Positions 30,070 to 40,828 are shown, counted from the first letter of the stretch. The stretch is DNA of 64,000 nucleotides from Fibrobacteria bacterium (GCA_050294405.1 JBNKOC010000016.1:1-64000), one strand, 5' to 3'. A program made the numbers and translations. Notes: generated by a model from the letters alone, not told the origin.

Positions 30070-31024
30070 ACCTCACTTCGCCATAAGTATTTCCCACTAA
30101 GCTTTGTTTGTTTTTGCTGCAGGATTCCCTTGCTTCAGGACAACGAGTATGAAATGTGCAAAAACTGGGTTCCTGGGATAAACTAGGGGGAAAACCTTCC
30201 AAATGGCTGTGGGACCCTTTTTTAGATCCGGATTCCGCAAGCAACATGGAACTCATTAATGCTTTGGTATAAGGATGCTGGGGCCGGTTAATAATATTTT
30301 CACTGCTGGATACTTCCACAAATTGTCCACCATACATTACGGCGATATTGTGAGACACATGCTTTAACAAGGGCAATTCGTGGGTAATAAAAATCATGCT
30401 GGAAATAATCTTTTGCTTCATGAGTTCTATGAGCAATTCAATTACGGCCTTTTGAGTAGAAACATCCAAAGCGGAGGTCGGTTCATCGGCAATGACCACT
30501 TTGGGATTTAGCAAGGTGGAAAGGGCAATAACCACCCGTTGTTTCATACCGCCGGAAAGCTCAAATGGATAGCGCTGTAGTACATGGGCAGGCAATCCAA
30601 TCTTGGAAAACCTTTCTTCCATGCGCTTGATACATTCTTTTTTATCCACTTCAATCTGATGGCTTTTGAAAATATTGAAACCCAATTTCCAAACTTTCAT
30701 AGTTGGGTTTAAGGAGTTCATGGCTCCCTGGGGAATAATTGAAATTTTAAGCCCTAAAATATTTTTTCTTAATTCTTCCTGGCTAAGGCCACATATATCC
30801 TGGCCTTCCAGTAGGACCTGCCCTTTACTTCTAAATAAGGGAGGCAAATAAAGCCCCATTCCGGCTTGAACTAAAGTGGATTTACCACAGCCGGATTCTC
30901 CGGCAATTCCAAAAATCTCACCCTCCTTGAGTTCCAAATCCACACCATTTACGGCATGGACTTCTTTGCCAAAGCGGGTTAAATAATGGGCGTGTAAATC
31001 TTGTAATTTGTAAATATAATCCAT
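30056..31024 (-). CDS. ABC transporter ATP-binding subunit (OppD/DppD-type)
   Basis: [30 protein letters not shown] and C-terminal C-x-F-x-x-R-C motif. Confidence 0.95.
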   Translation of the reverse strand: MDYIYKLQDLHAHYLTRFGKEVHAVNGVDLELKEGEIFGIAGESGCGKSTLVQAGMGLYLPPLFRSKGQVLLEGQDICGLSQEELRKNILGLKISIIPQGAMNSLNPTMKVWKLGFNIFKSHQIEVDKKECIKRMEERFSKIGLPAHVLQRYPFELSGGMKQRVVIALSTLLNPKVVIADEPTSALDVSTQKAVIELLIELMKQKIISSMIFITHELPLLKHVSHNIAVMYGGQFVEVSSSENIINRPQHPYTKALMSSMLLAESGSKKGSHSHLEGFPPSLSQEPSFCTFHTRCPEARESCSKNKQSLVGNTYGEVRCEYA

Positions 31025-31026
31025 TA

Positions 31027-31860
31027 TTATGTTCTCAACCTGGGGTTAAAGACCCCTTCCATTGCTGTATTAATTAAATACAGGGAAAAGGTCACCACAG
31101 TTACCAAAATAGCCGCAGGCATAAACACCCACCAATTGCCATTGGTTAAAGCTTCATTTTGCTGGGCATTATTCAATATTTGGCCCAATGTTACGGTATC
31201 ATAGGGGCCAAGGCCCAACATGCTTATGGCTGATTCACTTAAAATACCGGTGGCCATTTGAATAATAAAGGCCATAAATATGTAACTCATCATGTAAGGC
31301 ATTATTTGGGCAAATACCAGAGAAAGCAAAGAATCCCCATTGAGTTTGGCCAGGTTAACGTGTTCCCTATGGCGAAGACTCAAGGCTTGGGCGCGGACAG
31401 CGCGGGCGGTCCAGGTCCAGGTAGTGGCTCCAATAATCAAGGCTACCAATGTTAAGGACCTTTGGTTTACGCTGTTGCTAATTAGTATAAGAATGATAAT
31501 GGAAGGAATAACCAGAAATAAGTTAGTGGTCATGCTCAGGATATTATCTGTTTTCCCGCCCACATAGCCGCTGAAAAGGCCAATCACGGTTCCAAGTATC
31601 GTCGCAGTGATTCCCGAGGCTAAACCCACATAAAGGGAGGAGCGCAATCCAAATACAAGGCGGGTAAACATGTTTTGCCCCTGATTGTTGGTGCCTAACC
31701 AATATTCTGCAGAAGGGTTTACGAAAGGCATGCCGGTTCTGGCCATTGGGTCCACATCGCTAATCAAAGGATACAACAAAGATGTCAATGCCAAAATTAG
31801 AAACATACCAATGCCAAACACAAACATAGGCGATTTAAATAAGGAAATTAGCACTCTCAT
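31027..31860 (-). CDS. ABC transporter permease (OppC/DppC-type)
   Basis: WLGTNNQGQN, multiple TM helices, ARAVRAQ, FNPRLR terminus. Confidence 0.93.
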   Translation of the reverse strand: MRVLISLFKSPMFVFGIGMFLILALTSLLYPLISDVDPMARTGMPFVNPSAEYWLGTNNQGQNMFTRLVFGLRSSLYVGLASGITATILGTVIGLFSGYVGGKTDNILSMTTNLFLVIPSIIILILISNSVNQRSLTLVALIIGATTWTWTARAVRAQALSLRHREHVNLAKLNGDSLLSLVFAQIMPYMMSYIFMAFIIQMATGILSESAISMLGLGPYDTVTLGQILNNAQQNEALTNGNWWVFMPAAILVTVVTFSLYLINTAMEGVFNPRLRT

Positions 31861-32876
31861 TGGCCAGATGTCTCCTGCCCCAGCTTAATGCGGGGATCCA
31901 CAAATCCTATAATAATGTCTACCATAAAGTTTGCAATTAAAACGCCAATGGTAATGAGAAGCGCGCAGCCCTGAATAACCGGATAATCATTTTCTCTGAT
32001 GGCATTAAACATGACCATTCCAAGCCCTGGGTAAGAAAAAACAATTTCAGTAATAAGGGCGCCGCCCACCATTACTCCCAGGGATAAGGCGAGGCCGGTT
32101 AATTGGGGCAACATGGCGTTTTTAAAAATGTAGCCTAGAATTATAGGCTCCTTGGTACCAAGCTGCTTGGCATACTTAACATAGTCGGTGCCAAGTTCGT
32201 ATATGGCCATGGAGCGCATCCCTATGGCCTGCCCGCCAATTAGAATCAAAAGCAGGCTAATAAAGGGCAGAGCAAAATGGTTCAAAACACTTCCGTAAAA
32301 AGCCCAGGAGAAACTGGGCATAAGCCCCATATCATAAGCTCCCATCGCGGGGAAAAATTCGTTTTGAATGGAAAAATAAAATACCAGAACCATAGCAAAA
32401 CAAAAGTAGGGGATGGAACTGAAAAACAGGGAAACAGGGTAAAATGCCTTATCAAAAATGCCTCGTTTGTAGGCGGCAAATGCACCGAGAATGTTACCGA
32501 TGAACCAGCCGATTAAAATAGCTGGAACTTGCAGGGCAAGGGTCCAGGGCAGTCCAGCGAAAATAATTTCAGATACGCTTAAAGGGTGGTGGGTAAAAGA
32601 AGTTCCCAGGTTTCCGGTTAATGTTTCCTTAACATAACTGAAAAATTGAATGGGCAGAGGCTTATCCAGGTTAAATTCCGCCATGTATTGGTTGTACAAC
32701 TGCAAATATTCCTTGGAGTCCATCCCCGGAGAGCTCAACTTGATCATTATAGTGTCAATGGGGTTTGAAGGGCCCAGTCTGGGGAGGCTAAAGTTAAGTC
32801 CGATGGCCACCAGGAAGGTCAGTGCGTACCAACCTCCTCGTTTTCCTAAATACTTTACAACAGGACTACTAAACAT
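31857..32876 (-). CDS. ABC transporter permease (OppB/DppB-type)
   Basis: LPRLGP, GNLGTSF, LPWTL, ITEIVFSYPGLG, DYPVIQG, DPRIK motifs. Confidence 0.93.
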   Translation of the reverse strand: MFSSPVVKYLGKRGGWYALTFLVAIGLNFSLPRLGPSNPIDTIMIKLSSPGMDSKEYLQLYNQYMAEFNLDKPLPIQFFSYVKETLTGNLGTSFTHHPLSVSEIIFAGLPWTLALQVPAILIGWFIGNILGAFAAYKRGIFDKAFYPVSLFFSSIPYFCFAMVLVFYFSIQNEFFPAMGAYDMGLMPSFSWAFYGSVLNHFALPFISLLLILIGGQAIGMRSMAIYELGTDYVKYAKQLGTKEPIILGYIFKNAMLPQLTGLALSLGVMVGGALITEIVFSYPGLGMVMFNAIRENDYPVIQGCALLITIGVLIANFMVDIIIGFVDPRIKLGQETSGQ

Positions 32877-32890
32877 AAACAGAACCCAGC

Positions 32891-34696
32891 TTATTTTGCC
32901 GGTTTAATCCCCCAAAGGGCCTTTACGCCAGCGCCAACCATTGCTGCCTGCGGCGGAGCATATGGATTTTGTTCTGTGGGGAAGTTAGTCCAATGTTTGG
33001 TGCTGAATTGATACAGATGCCAGGGTCTGTACATTAGAGGAAGAACAGGCACTTCTTCCATAAAAAGACGATTAATAGCCCTATAGGCTTCGGCCTGCTT
33101 CTCTTCCTCGCTAGAAAGTTTTGGAATCACAGCCAATAGGCTATCGGCCTTGGGATTTTTATAACGCCCTTCGTTTTTATACATCACTTCGCCCACAGGT
33201 CTCCAGTCATTGCTGCTCATAACCTTTTCAAACCTGGACCAGGGAGAAGAAGGAGAAGCGTCAGGCTGAGGCGTGCGCATGGTAAAATCAAAAAGCCCAT
33301 TTTTCAAATCCTTATCCCAGATTGGGTATTCCACAAATTTTTCTCGGATATCCAGGCCAATTTCTCTAAGAGAAGAGACCACAATTTTTAAAGTGGATTC
33401 CCAATCAGACCAACCACTGGGGCAGGTGGCGAACATTTGGGGGATTTTGTTTCCGTTTTTATCTAGCAATAGGCCATCTGCGCCCCATTTATATCCAGCA
33501 TCGGCCAGAATCTTTTTGGATTTTTCGGGATCGTACATTTTACCGAATTTATCCGCATCTTCTTTTGAAAAGTATTTGGACTCCATTCCCTGTGGCAATA
33601 TTAAGCCAGGTTGTAAATCGGGAGTGTATCCATACATGGCCAGATTTTTTATTTGCTCATAGTTTATGCCGTGGGCCAAAGCTTGTCTAAAAGAAGGATC
33701 GTTTAAGGGCTCCTTATCCAGGCGCATCAACAAACATGGAATAATGCTGGGAATGTAATAGGGGCTTTCACTGTACCAGGTCCCAACTCCTTTGTTAAAG
33801 GAATTCCAGATTTGAGGGTAAAAGGTTTGGGACAAATCCAAATGGCCTTGCTTTAATGCCAGATTAAACTTGTCATTGCTCTTGTAGCCTGAATGGATGA
33901 TGTATTCAGGAGAAGGCAACTGCCCTTCGTACATTACTTTTCCCCAATAACTATCCACTCTTTTAATCACAATTTTTTGATCGGAATAGGTTTCCACTGT
34001 GTAAGGACCAGATCCCATGGGTTTGTCGTTTTTGAACTCCCGCAATTTGGAAAGGGCTTCTCCCTGAGGCAAATCTTTAACTTCCGCTTCCAGAGGTTCG
34101 AATACGGATTTGGGAATAATGGGGGTTGTGGAAATAATATCCTTCATAAGAAGGGGGTTGTAATTGTCTTTGCGCAAGGTGAATTTAATTTGAGTGGGGC
34201 TCACAGCAGCCACCTCTTGGATATAATTCCAATGGCTGTGAAAATTGGTGAGGTATTTTTTGTGCAAATTAAAAGTGTATTGTACGTCCTCTGAGCTAAG
34301 AGGAGTTCCATCCTGCCATTTTGCTTCGGGATTTAAATTTACAGTTAGGGTATATTTGTCCAGTGCATAGTCAGTGGCTAAAATTCCTTCTAAATCCCCA
34401 TCCAGTTGGTTAAAGCCAAAAAGAGCCTCATAAATCAAGTTCATGTTTCCCGTAATGGGCCAGGCCGGGCTACCATGAAGGGGGTTAAAGCTAGAAGGAG
34501 GGCCCCATTGGAAACCGCCTACATACAGGGTTTTTTCCCTGGGAAATTGGAGAGTTTCTTCGTCCCCAGCCCCGGATTCAGATTTTTCGGAGTCGCAGGC
34601 TGTTATAAAAAGGGCTGCTGCCATAGAAAGGCTGGCGAGTTTAATAAAATGGCTGAAAGTACTGTATTTTTTCATATTTCCCCAAAAAATTTCCAA
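32891..34696 (-). CDS. ABC substrate-binding lipoprotein, family 5, sugar-binding subgroup (cello-oligosaccharide candidate); likely start ATG 34675
   Basis: Lipobox ITA-C; PREKTLYVGGFQWGPPSSFNPL, KWQDGTPLSSEDV, GSGPY, PSGWSDW and WTNFPT motifs as in Thermotoga-type beta-glucoside binding proteins. Confidence 0.88.
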   Translation of the reverse strand: MEIFWGNMKKYSTFSHFIKLASLSMAAALFITACDSEKSESGAGDEETLQFPREKTLYVGGFQWGPPSSFNPLHGSPAWPITGNMNLIYEALFGFNQLDGDLEGILATDYALDKYTLTVNLNPEAKWQDGTPLSSEDVQYTFNLHKKYLTNFHSHWNYIQEVAAVSPTQIKFTLRKDNYNPLLMKDIISTTPIIPKSVFEPLEAEVKDLPQGEALSKLREFKNDKPMGSGPYTVETYSDQKIVIKRVDSYWGKVMYEGQLPSPEYIIHSGYKSNDKFNLALKQGHLDLSQTFYPQIWNSFNKGVGTWYSESPYYIPSIIPCLLMRLDKEPLNDPSFRQALAHGINYEQIKNLAMYGYTPDLQPGLILPQGMESKYFSKEDADKFGKMYDPEKSKKILADAGYKWGADGLLLDKNGNKIPQMFATCPSGWSDWESTLKIVVSSLREIGLDIREKFVEYPIWDKDLKNGLFDFTMRTPQPDASPSSPWSRFEKVMSSNDWRPVGEVMYKNEGRYKNPKADSLLAVIPKLSSEEEKQAEAYRAINRLFMEEVPVLPLMYRPWHLYQFSTKHWTNFPTEQNPYAPPQAAMVGAGVKALWGIKPAK

Positions 34697-34709
34697 TTGA
34701 ATTACTGAC

Positions 34710-34738
34710 TTAGTGTAAAGGGCTGGGATTTAAGTTCA
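34710..34738 (-). promoter_or_regulatory. Putative ECF sigma promoter TGAAC-N19-ACTAA
   Basis: Minus strand TGAAC ttaaatcccagccctttac ACTAA, 34 nt upstream of ATG 34675. Confidence 0.65.
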
Positions 34739-35013
34739 ATAATGTCCCGAATTTCCCAGAATTTTGAACACAATTTATTTAAATGGCTATTCAATTCACA
34801 AATAAAATGGACAAAGTGCAGGCTATAAGCGGGTATTTTGTCGTAAATCCATTGCTAGCGGAAAACGAAAAAATTATATGAAAAATATCCAATAAGAGCT
34901 TAGATTTAAGTTGGAATCACTCGTAGGGGAATACCGGGCAGCCCCATTTTTCAATTATTTCAGATTGAACCAAATTCTGGGGAGATTGGTTCGGTTTTTG
35001 GGGAGGTAGCCAA

Positions 35014-36801
35014 ATGGCTAATTTTAATTTCGTGCGTTTTTTTGTATTTCTGTTGGGAATTGGGGGGCTTTTATGCCTAGAAGAAAGCTTTGCCCAAAGC
35101 AGCCAGGCCCACCCAAGTCTTGATATCCAGGACATAAGGCCCAATAATTTCGAGCCATTGGTAAGCGGTATGGATTTCTTGTCGAATGGAGATCTGGTAT
35201 TATCTACCTGGGAGGATTTTGCCTGGACTTCCGGAAAAGTCTTTATTTTAGAAAACCCTGGAACCGCTGGTTCCAGCGTTAAGGAATTTGCCAATGGCCT
35301 GGATAATGTGCTGGGTCTGACGGTAGTAGACGATGAAATTTACATCTTAGAACGCACACAGCTGTCCAAATTGGTGGATTCAGACAATAATGGAACAGCT
35401 GACCAAAAAGTAAAAATTTCGGGGGGCTGGTCTTTTAACCCTAACCCCGGTAAAAACCTGGATTTTGCCCTGGGACTTTTGGAGCGGGATGGTATTTTTT
35501 ACGGCGGTTTGGCTACGGCCTGGCCACTTACGGACCCTCAAGGACCCGAGCGTGGCTGCATGATAACCATGGAAGAGGGCCAGGATTATGAGTGTATCGC
35601 CGGGGGAGTGCGCACTCCCAATGGCCTTAGTTTTGGTCCCGAAGGCGAGCTTTTTGTGACGGACAACCAGGGAAATTATGTGCCTGGTTCTCGACTCAAT
35701 CATGTGAAAGACGGCCGGTTTTTTGGAGTTAAAAAGAATAATCAGGCAGGCCCGTTTGATAATACGCCCATGAGTCCGCCAGTGGTTTGGATGCCCCACC
35801 GGGATATTTCCGTTTCTCCTTCTCAACCTCTTTGGCTTACCAAAGGCGTGTACGCTGGCCAGTTTTTAATTGGCGACCAGGTTTTTGGCGGGATCCAACG
35901 GGCTTATGTGGAAAGGGTTAATGGAGAGTATCAGGGAGGCATTATCCGCTTTAGTGGCGGCATTGACGCCGGCCCAAATCGCATGATTGAAGGCCCGGAC
36001 GGCGACATTTATGTGGGCGGGATTGGTGTTCCCGCTGATGTTTGGTCTGGTTGGTGGTGGAACGGTACCACCTCCAGCTTGCAAAAAATACATGAAACCG
36101 AAGAGCTGACCTTTGATATTCTTGCCGTTAAAAGTGTTCAGGAGGGGTTTATTATCGAGTTTACGGATTCTTTATCTTCCTCTCAGCTGGGGGGAAACAA
36201 TGTTAGCGTCAGTAATTTTGAATACAACCCAGGCCCGGATTACGGCTGCTGCAAAGGTTCGGATATGCCCGTTAACCCCAGCTCGGTTCAAAAAGGGGAA
36301 AACGGCAAAAGTCTGCTGATAAACATAAACAACTTAAATGAGAACAGCGTGTATTCTTTTGAATTGAGCAACATTCAGTCAAAAAAGGGAGCCAGCCTTT
36401 GGCAATCAAAAACCTGGTATACTTTAAATCAAGTCGGCCCCGCGGATGTGGAAGGATGTATGGACTCCAATTATGTGGAATACAACCCTGAGGCTGTTTA
36501 TGATATGGGCTTTGCCTGTGTTGAGGAAAAAGAAGTGGGAATAAAACCAGGGTTCTCAGGCAAAAACAGCTTTGTCCGGGCGAACTTTCAATTTTCAAAT
36601 GAAGATAGAGAAATCAATATACCCTTTGCTTATCTGAACCAAAGCGGCTTCTACCTGGTAGATGTTAAGGGCAATAAATTGCAAGTTTTAAAAAATACAT
36701 CCAACATGTTCCAGGTTAAAGGAAACGTTCAAGCAGGATTGTATTTCATAATATCCGCGGATGCAGCTAATCTATCCCCCGGCAAAATTTTAATAAAGTA
36801 G
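35014..36801 (+). CDS. Secreted beta-propeller protein, glucose/sorbosone dehydrogenase-like, with C-terminal sorting-type domain
   Basis: GGAGG RBS; signal peptide; GVRTPNG, FVTDNQGNY, PPVVWMPH, YAGQFLIGD, GPDGDIYVGG; GCMD...YNPEA motif; LVDVKGNKL...AGLYFI tail. Confidence 0.7.
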   Translation: MANFNFVRFFVFLLGIGGLLCLEESFAQSSQAHPSLDIQDIRPNNFEPLVSGMDFLSNGDLVLSTWEDFAWTSGKVFILENPGTAGSSVKEFANGLDNVLGLTVVDDEIYILERTQLSKLVDSDNNGTADQKVKISGGWSFNPNPGKNLDFALGLLERDGIFYGGLATAWPLTDPQGPERGCMITMEEGQDYECIAGGVRTPNGLSFGPEGELFVTDNQGNYVPGSRLNHVKDGRFFGVKKNNQAGPFDNTPMSPPVVWMPHRDISVSPSQPLWLTKGVYAGQFLIGDQVFGGIQRAYVERVNGEYQGGIIRFSGGIDAGPNRMIEGPDGDIYVGGIGVPADVWSGWWWNGTTSSLQKIHETEELTFDILAVKSVQEGFIIEFTDSLSSSQLGGNNVSVSNFEYNPGPDYGCCKGSDMPVNPSSVQKGENGKSLLININNLNENSVYSFELSNIQSKKGASLWQSKTWYTLNQVGPADVEGCMDSNYVEYNPEAVYDMGFACVEEKEVGIKPGFSGKNSFVRANFQFSNEDREINIPFAYLNQSGFYLVDVKGNKLQVLKNTSNMFQVKGNVQAGLYFIISADAANLSPGKILIK

Positions 36802-36806
36802 GATTC

Positions 36807-38096
36807 ATGTTCCATAAATATTTTTTAACCCTTTTGTTAATGCTGGGTGGGAGTTTGTCCGTTGCCCAAATTTCAGATGAAAAAAACGATTCGGGTTGGG
36901 TTTCTCTTTTTAACGGAGAAGATTTATCCGGCCTTGTTATTGATATAGAAACATCCCAGTCGAATAACCCCGATCCCACGGGAGCCATTTCTGTTCACGA
37001 TGGCATGATACATTTTTATCAGGATCATGGCCCCGGTAGCCAATCCCCCTATGGGGTGGTGAAAACCGATAGGGAGTATTCCAACTATCGCGCCAGAGTA
37101 ACTTTCCAACATGGCGAAATTCGCTTGCGTGGAGACCCCAATAATTCCGGGCTTTTTTACCATGTTAAGGATGGTCCGGCAGTTTGGCCGCCCAGCATCG
37201 AATGCCAATTAAAACGCCACTGGAACAGTATTCAAAACAGGCCTTGCTCTGTGGAAGCGGGGGATTGTAATGAAATTTGGGCTGCAGATTTCTGGATTTT
37301 AGGAGGTGCTCAAATCACCAACCGCTACGGCGATAAAACCGCTTTGGGAGGCTGCTGCAACCCTGCTCTGGTCAATCGAAATGAGTTTCCCGATTATGAA
37401 AAAGAGGGTTGGAACTTAATGGAAATTGAAGTGTATCACGACTCTATTTTCTATAACATATTTAATGGAAATACCATAAATTGGGGTAGCCAATCTACCT
37501 ACGATAACGGGGGGCAAAGGGTTCCCTTGACAGAAGGGGCTATCGCTCTTGAGCTGGAAGGTGGAGAAATCATGTTTAAGGATTTTGAAATCATTGATTT
37601 TGACCGAACTCTAACCATAACATCTCCAATCAGTTCTCAGGAACTGGCCCCTGGAGACAGTCTGGAAATTACATGGGAGACCGAAGGCGCCGTGGGCAGG
37701 GTCTTTTTGGAATATAAAATTGGAGAGGGCGACTGGACTTTGATTCAAAAAAATATTGATGGCCAAACCAGTTATAAATGGGAAATTCCTGATGTTAATA
37801 CAGACGACTCTCTTGATATTCGGGTGGGTCACGGGGATAAATACGGAGAATCGCCGGTAATGCATAAAATTTCGGGAAGCTCTTCTGTAAAAAATCCAAT
37901 AAACTTGAAAAAAGAATTTGGTTGGGAAGAAATACGGAGTATGGCGGAAAAGTCTCCTCTAAACATCACTGTGCGAAACCTCAAGGGAAAGCTGGTATGG
38001 AAAGGGTTGCTTAATGCTGAAAATATTGCAGAAGTTTCAAATAAATGGAATGCTTATGCGCCTTCCGCCCTTCATTTTCAATTGGACGGTCTGTAA
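36807..38096 (+). CDS. Secreted DUF1080 (3-keto-disaccharide hydrolase-like) protein with Ig-like domain
   Basis: GWVSLFNGEDLSG, TDREYSNY, NNSGLFYH, SIECQL, GWNLMEI, GAIALELEGGEIMFKDFEI; then TITSP...GDSLEITW Ig-like module. Confidence 0.8.
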   Translation: MFHKYFLTLLLMLGGSLSVAQISDEKNDSGWVSLFNGEDLSGLVIDIETSQSNNPDPTGAISVHDGMIHFYQDHGPGSQSPYGVVKTDREYSNYRARVTFQHGEIRLRGDPNNSGLFYHVKDGPAVWPPSIECQLKRHWNSIQNRPCSVEAGDCNEIWAADFWILGGAQITNRYGDKTALGGCCNPALVNRNEFPDYEKEGWNLMEIEVYHDSIFYNIFNGNTINWGSQSTYDNGGQRVPLTEGAIALELEGGEIMFKDFEIIDFDRTLTITSPISSQELAPGDSLEITWETEGAVGRVFLEYKIGEGDWTLIQKNIDGQTSYKWEIPDVNTDDSLDIRVGHGDKYGESPVMHKISGSSSVKNPINLKKEFGWEEIRSMAEKSPLNITVRNLKGKLVWKGLLNAENIAEVSNKWNAYAPSALHFQLDGL

Positions 38097-38136
38097 AATC
38101 CCTATTTGGGGCGCACAGAGCCCAAAACAAATTTCA

Positions 38137-38165
38137 CAAACTAGTTAATCAATATTACCCACTAA
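38137..38165 (+). promoter_or_regulatory. Putative ECF sigma promoter, variant CAAAC-N19-ACTAA
   Basis: Upstream of GH26; same spacing and -10 as the other copies, degenerate -35. Confidence 0.4.
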
Positions 38166-38213
38166 GTTAAGAGGAGCTAAAGGCTCCTTGTTCTTGTTTG
38201 GTAAAAGAGTCAG

Positions 38214-40025
38214 GTGGATATGATCTTCGGGAAAGATAAAAAAAACGGGACCCAATTTAGCAGCCGGATAATAAAGCAGTCTATAACATATGCATTGTTT
38301 TTGGCTTTGGGATTTGCGAATGCCCAAATCTTTGAAGCGGAAGATGCCATTGTAGACGAAAATAGCGTTAATCTGGTGGAGCAAGCTAATGTATCGGGTG
38401 GCAGCTATGTGGAAATGAAAGAGGGTGACCTTTCTTTTACTGTTAATGTTAATGAAGAGGGTTTTTACGCCATTTGGGCCAATTACGCACAAGCCTATGA
38501 TGAGGGCGGTAAAATTCAGAATCTTTCGGTAAACGGTTCCTCGGCCGGGCAAATATCTTTTCCTTACAGTGAAGAGTTTGTAAAAATAAAAGCTTCAGCC
38601 AAAGTAAAACTTTCTGCGGGCGAAAATACCATTGGCATTGTTAAATCCTGGGGTTGGGTGGATTTGGACTACATTGAACTAACGCCCTATGTGGAAACTC
38701 CATTTAGCATTTCTGGCGCTTTGGTGACTCCGGACGCCTCTGAAAATGCCAAAAAATTATATGGTTTTCTCCGGGAAAATTTTCGCCAAAAAGTGGTGAG
38801 CGGGGTGATGACGAACACTGTGATGTTAACGGATGGAAAATACACTCCAAATACTGTGGAAAACCAGGAAGAGGTGGCCTGGATAATAAATGCCTCGGGC
38901 AAGACTCCGGCTTTGCTTGGTCTGGATATGTTCCACGCCACTGGCTTGAACTCCGATGGGGAATGGTACCAGGGTTATACGAATGCCACACTCGCTCTGG
39001 CGGAAGATATATGGAATAAGGGAGGAATTCCGGTTTATTGCTGGCATTGGAAAGACCCAAGCCATGTGGTGGAGGCCTTTTATACGGAATCCTCCAACAA
39101 CGTGCCTTTTACCACATTTAATTTAAATGACGCATTCAGCGATACATTGAACTATACATCCTTTAACACAAGCAGCCAGGAATACCAGTGGATTGTTCGG
39201 GATATTGATATTGTTTCAGAAAAATTGTTGGAGTTAAAAAATAAAGATGTCCCCATGTTGTGGAGACCCTTACATGAGGCTTCAGGCGGCTGGTTTTGGT
39301 GGGGAGAAAAAAGCCCTGGAGCGGCCGCTGCTTTGTTTCGCCTTATGTGGGATAGAATGGTGAATCATCACGGATTAAATAATCTAATCTGGGTCTGGAC
39401 CACGGATGAAGCCGGGGATGCTTTGGAATGGTATCCGGGAGATGCTTATGTGGATATTGTGGGGCGTGATTATTATTACTATCCCCGAGAGGCCAACCAT
39501 GGTTCCCTTGTGGCTTCCTTTGAAAAAGTAAAGGAAATTTTCGAAGGTAAAAAAATAATTGCCCTAACGGAGAACGGTTCTATCCCTCATCCGGATAGCA
39601 TGTTATCCGATGGGGCTGGTTGGTCCTATTTTATGCCCTGGTATGGCGAATACACCATGGACGGCTGGGCTCATGACAATACCGCCGAAGACTGGAACCA
39701 AATCCTGAACCATGATTTTGTGTTAACTCTGGATGAAATGCCTGGATGGGATAATTACATACCTACATCTATAAGTGATTTTTTTGAGGAGCAAAGTGGT
39801 TTAAAAGGTTTCTTTTCTTTGGGCGCTTTTCATTTGAAGATGTCCCGGTCGCAAGATGTTAGTATTCACATGGTGGATGTAAATGGGCGAGTGTTAAAAA
39901 AAATATTTTCGGGAGTTTTGGCCTCTGGTGAACATCATTTTTCCACAGCTTGGGGGAATGGTTTGCAAATAATCAGAATAACCTCACGATGGGGAACTGA
40001 ATATTTTAAACATGTGAACTTGTAA
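38214..40025 (+). CDS. GH26 beta-mannanase with N-terminal CBM35-like module and C-terminal sorting domain
   Basis: IFEAEDA...SWGWVDLDYI module; WHW, LWRPLHEASGGWFWWG (acid/base E), WYPGDAYVDIVGRD, IALTENG (nucleophile E), YFMPW. Confidence 0.93.
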   Translation: MDMIFGKDKKNGTQFSSRIIKQSITYALFLALGFANAQIFEAEDAIVDENSVNLVEQANVSGGSYVEMKEGDLSFTVNVNEEGFYAIWANYAQAYDEGGKIQNLSVNGSSAGQISFPYSEEFVKIKASAKVKLSAGENTIGIVKSWGWVDLDYIELTPYVETPFSISGALVTPDASENAKKLYGFLRENFRQKVVSGVMTNTVMLTDGKYTPNTVENQEEVAWIINASGKTPALLGLDMFHATGLNSDGEWYQGYTNATLALAEDIWNKGGIPVYCWHWKDPSHVVEAFYTESSNNVPFTTFNLNDAFSDTLNYTSFNTSSQEYQWIVRDIDIVSEKLLELKNKDVPMLWRPLHEASGGWFWWGEKSPGAAAALFRLMWDRMVNHHGLNNLIWVWTTDEAGDALEWYPGDAYVDIVGRDYYYYPREANHGSLVASFEKVKEIFEGKKIIALTENGSIPHPDSMLSDGAGWSYFMPWYGEYTMDGWAHDNTAEDWNQILNHDFVLTLDEMPGWDNYIPTSISDFFEEQSGLKGFFSLGAFHLKMSRSQDVSIHMVDVNGRVLKKIFSGVLASGEHHFSTAWGNGLQIIRITSRWGTEYFKHVNL

Positions 40026-40028
40026 TGT

Positions 40029-40739
40029 TTATGGGCTCCAAACCCCTTTGACGCGATATTTTCCCGATTTGAGAAATTGAGCGAAAACTTTTTTATCCCG
40101 CTTTACAATTTTGACACTTCCCCCGGCTGAGGACCATTCTTCTTTTGTAAAAGCTCCATCCAGCTTTAGCCACAGGGATTTGCTTTTGGGTAAATCTGAA
40201 ATTTCAAAGGTTAGAAACAGGGAAGGGGCGCCGTAGTGGGCATCGTAATGGGCGTATTCTTTAATTTGAATTTTTTTTCCATTAGAACTCAATAGGTTAA
40301 AATTGATTTTGGCCGCTTCCATATCATTGGCGTAGCTTATAAATTGGGGGGTTAAGTTTTCGGAAACTTTTTCATGGCGCAGCTCCCAAATTTGCGGGTT
40401 GTATTTTCTGTGGTAAATGGCCCCAGAGGGATAAAAGACTTTATTGGATATGCTTTGCTGGTCGGGTATGTTTTCCCAAACTGAAATTAAGGCGCATTTA
40501 CTTTTGGAATAAATGAGGGTCATTTTAGGATTAATTGGCATTAATATGGCATCCGAAATCTCCTCAAAAACTCCCTCCTGGCTGCTGGGAACAAAACTGG
40601 ATGGGCCGAATTCAAAGGCCTGGGATGAAGGAAAAATGAAAAAAACGCTAAAAAGGGCTAATAAAACGGACAAAGACATTTTTCCAAAATAACAAATAGG
40701 AGGGAGGCTGGCTTTAGTTTCTTTGGTGATTTTGTACAC
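40029..40739 (-). CDS. Exported hypothetical protein; likely start ATG 40679
   Basis: Signal peptide MSLSVLLALFSVFFIFPSSQA; no family recognised. Confidence 0.6.
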   Translation of the reverse strand: MYKITKETKASLPPICYFGKMSLSVLLALFSVFFIFPSSQAFEFGPSSFVPSSQEGVFEEISDAILMPINPKMTLIYSKSKCALISVWENIPDQQSISNKVFYPSGAIYHRKYNPQIWELRHEKVSENLTPQFISYANDMEAAKINFNLLSSNGKKIQIKEYAHYDAHYGAPSLFLTFEISDLPKSKSLWLKLDGAFTKEEWSSAGGSVKIVKRDKKVFAQFLKSGKYRVKGVWSP

Positions 40740-40828
40740 AAAAAAATTAAAATAGTTGTTTTAAATTTATAGCCATTCTTACGGGTGTATAAAAATTGGC
40801 TATAATATTGTAAAAATGAGTTGATTTT

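Noticed and set aside
34966..34992. TGAAC upstream of 35014 as another motif copy
   Set aside because: No -10 match; it is one arm of a GAACCAA...TTGGTTC inverted repeat.
34917..35294. 125-aa minus-strand ORF, and the many other 60-150 aa ORFs nested in long genes
   Set aside because: Antisense or out-of-frame shadows of well-supported CDSs, with no RBS or family motifs.
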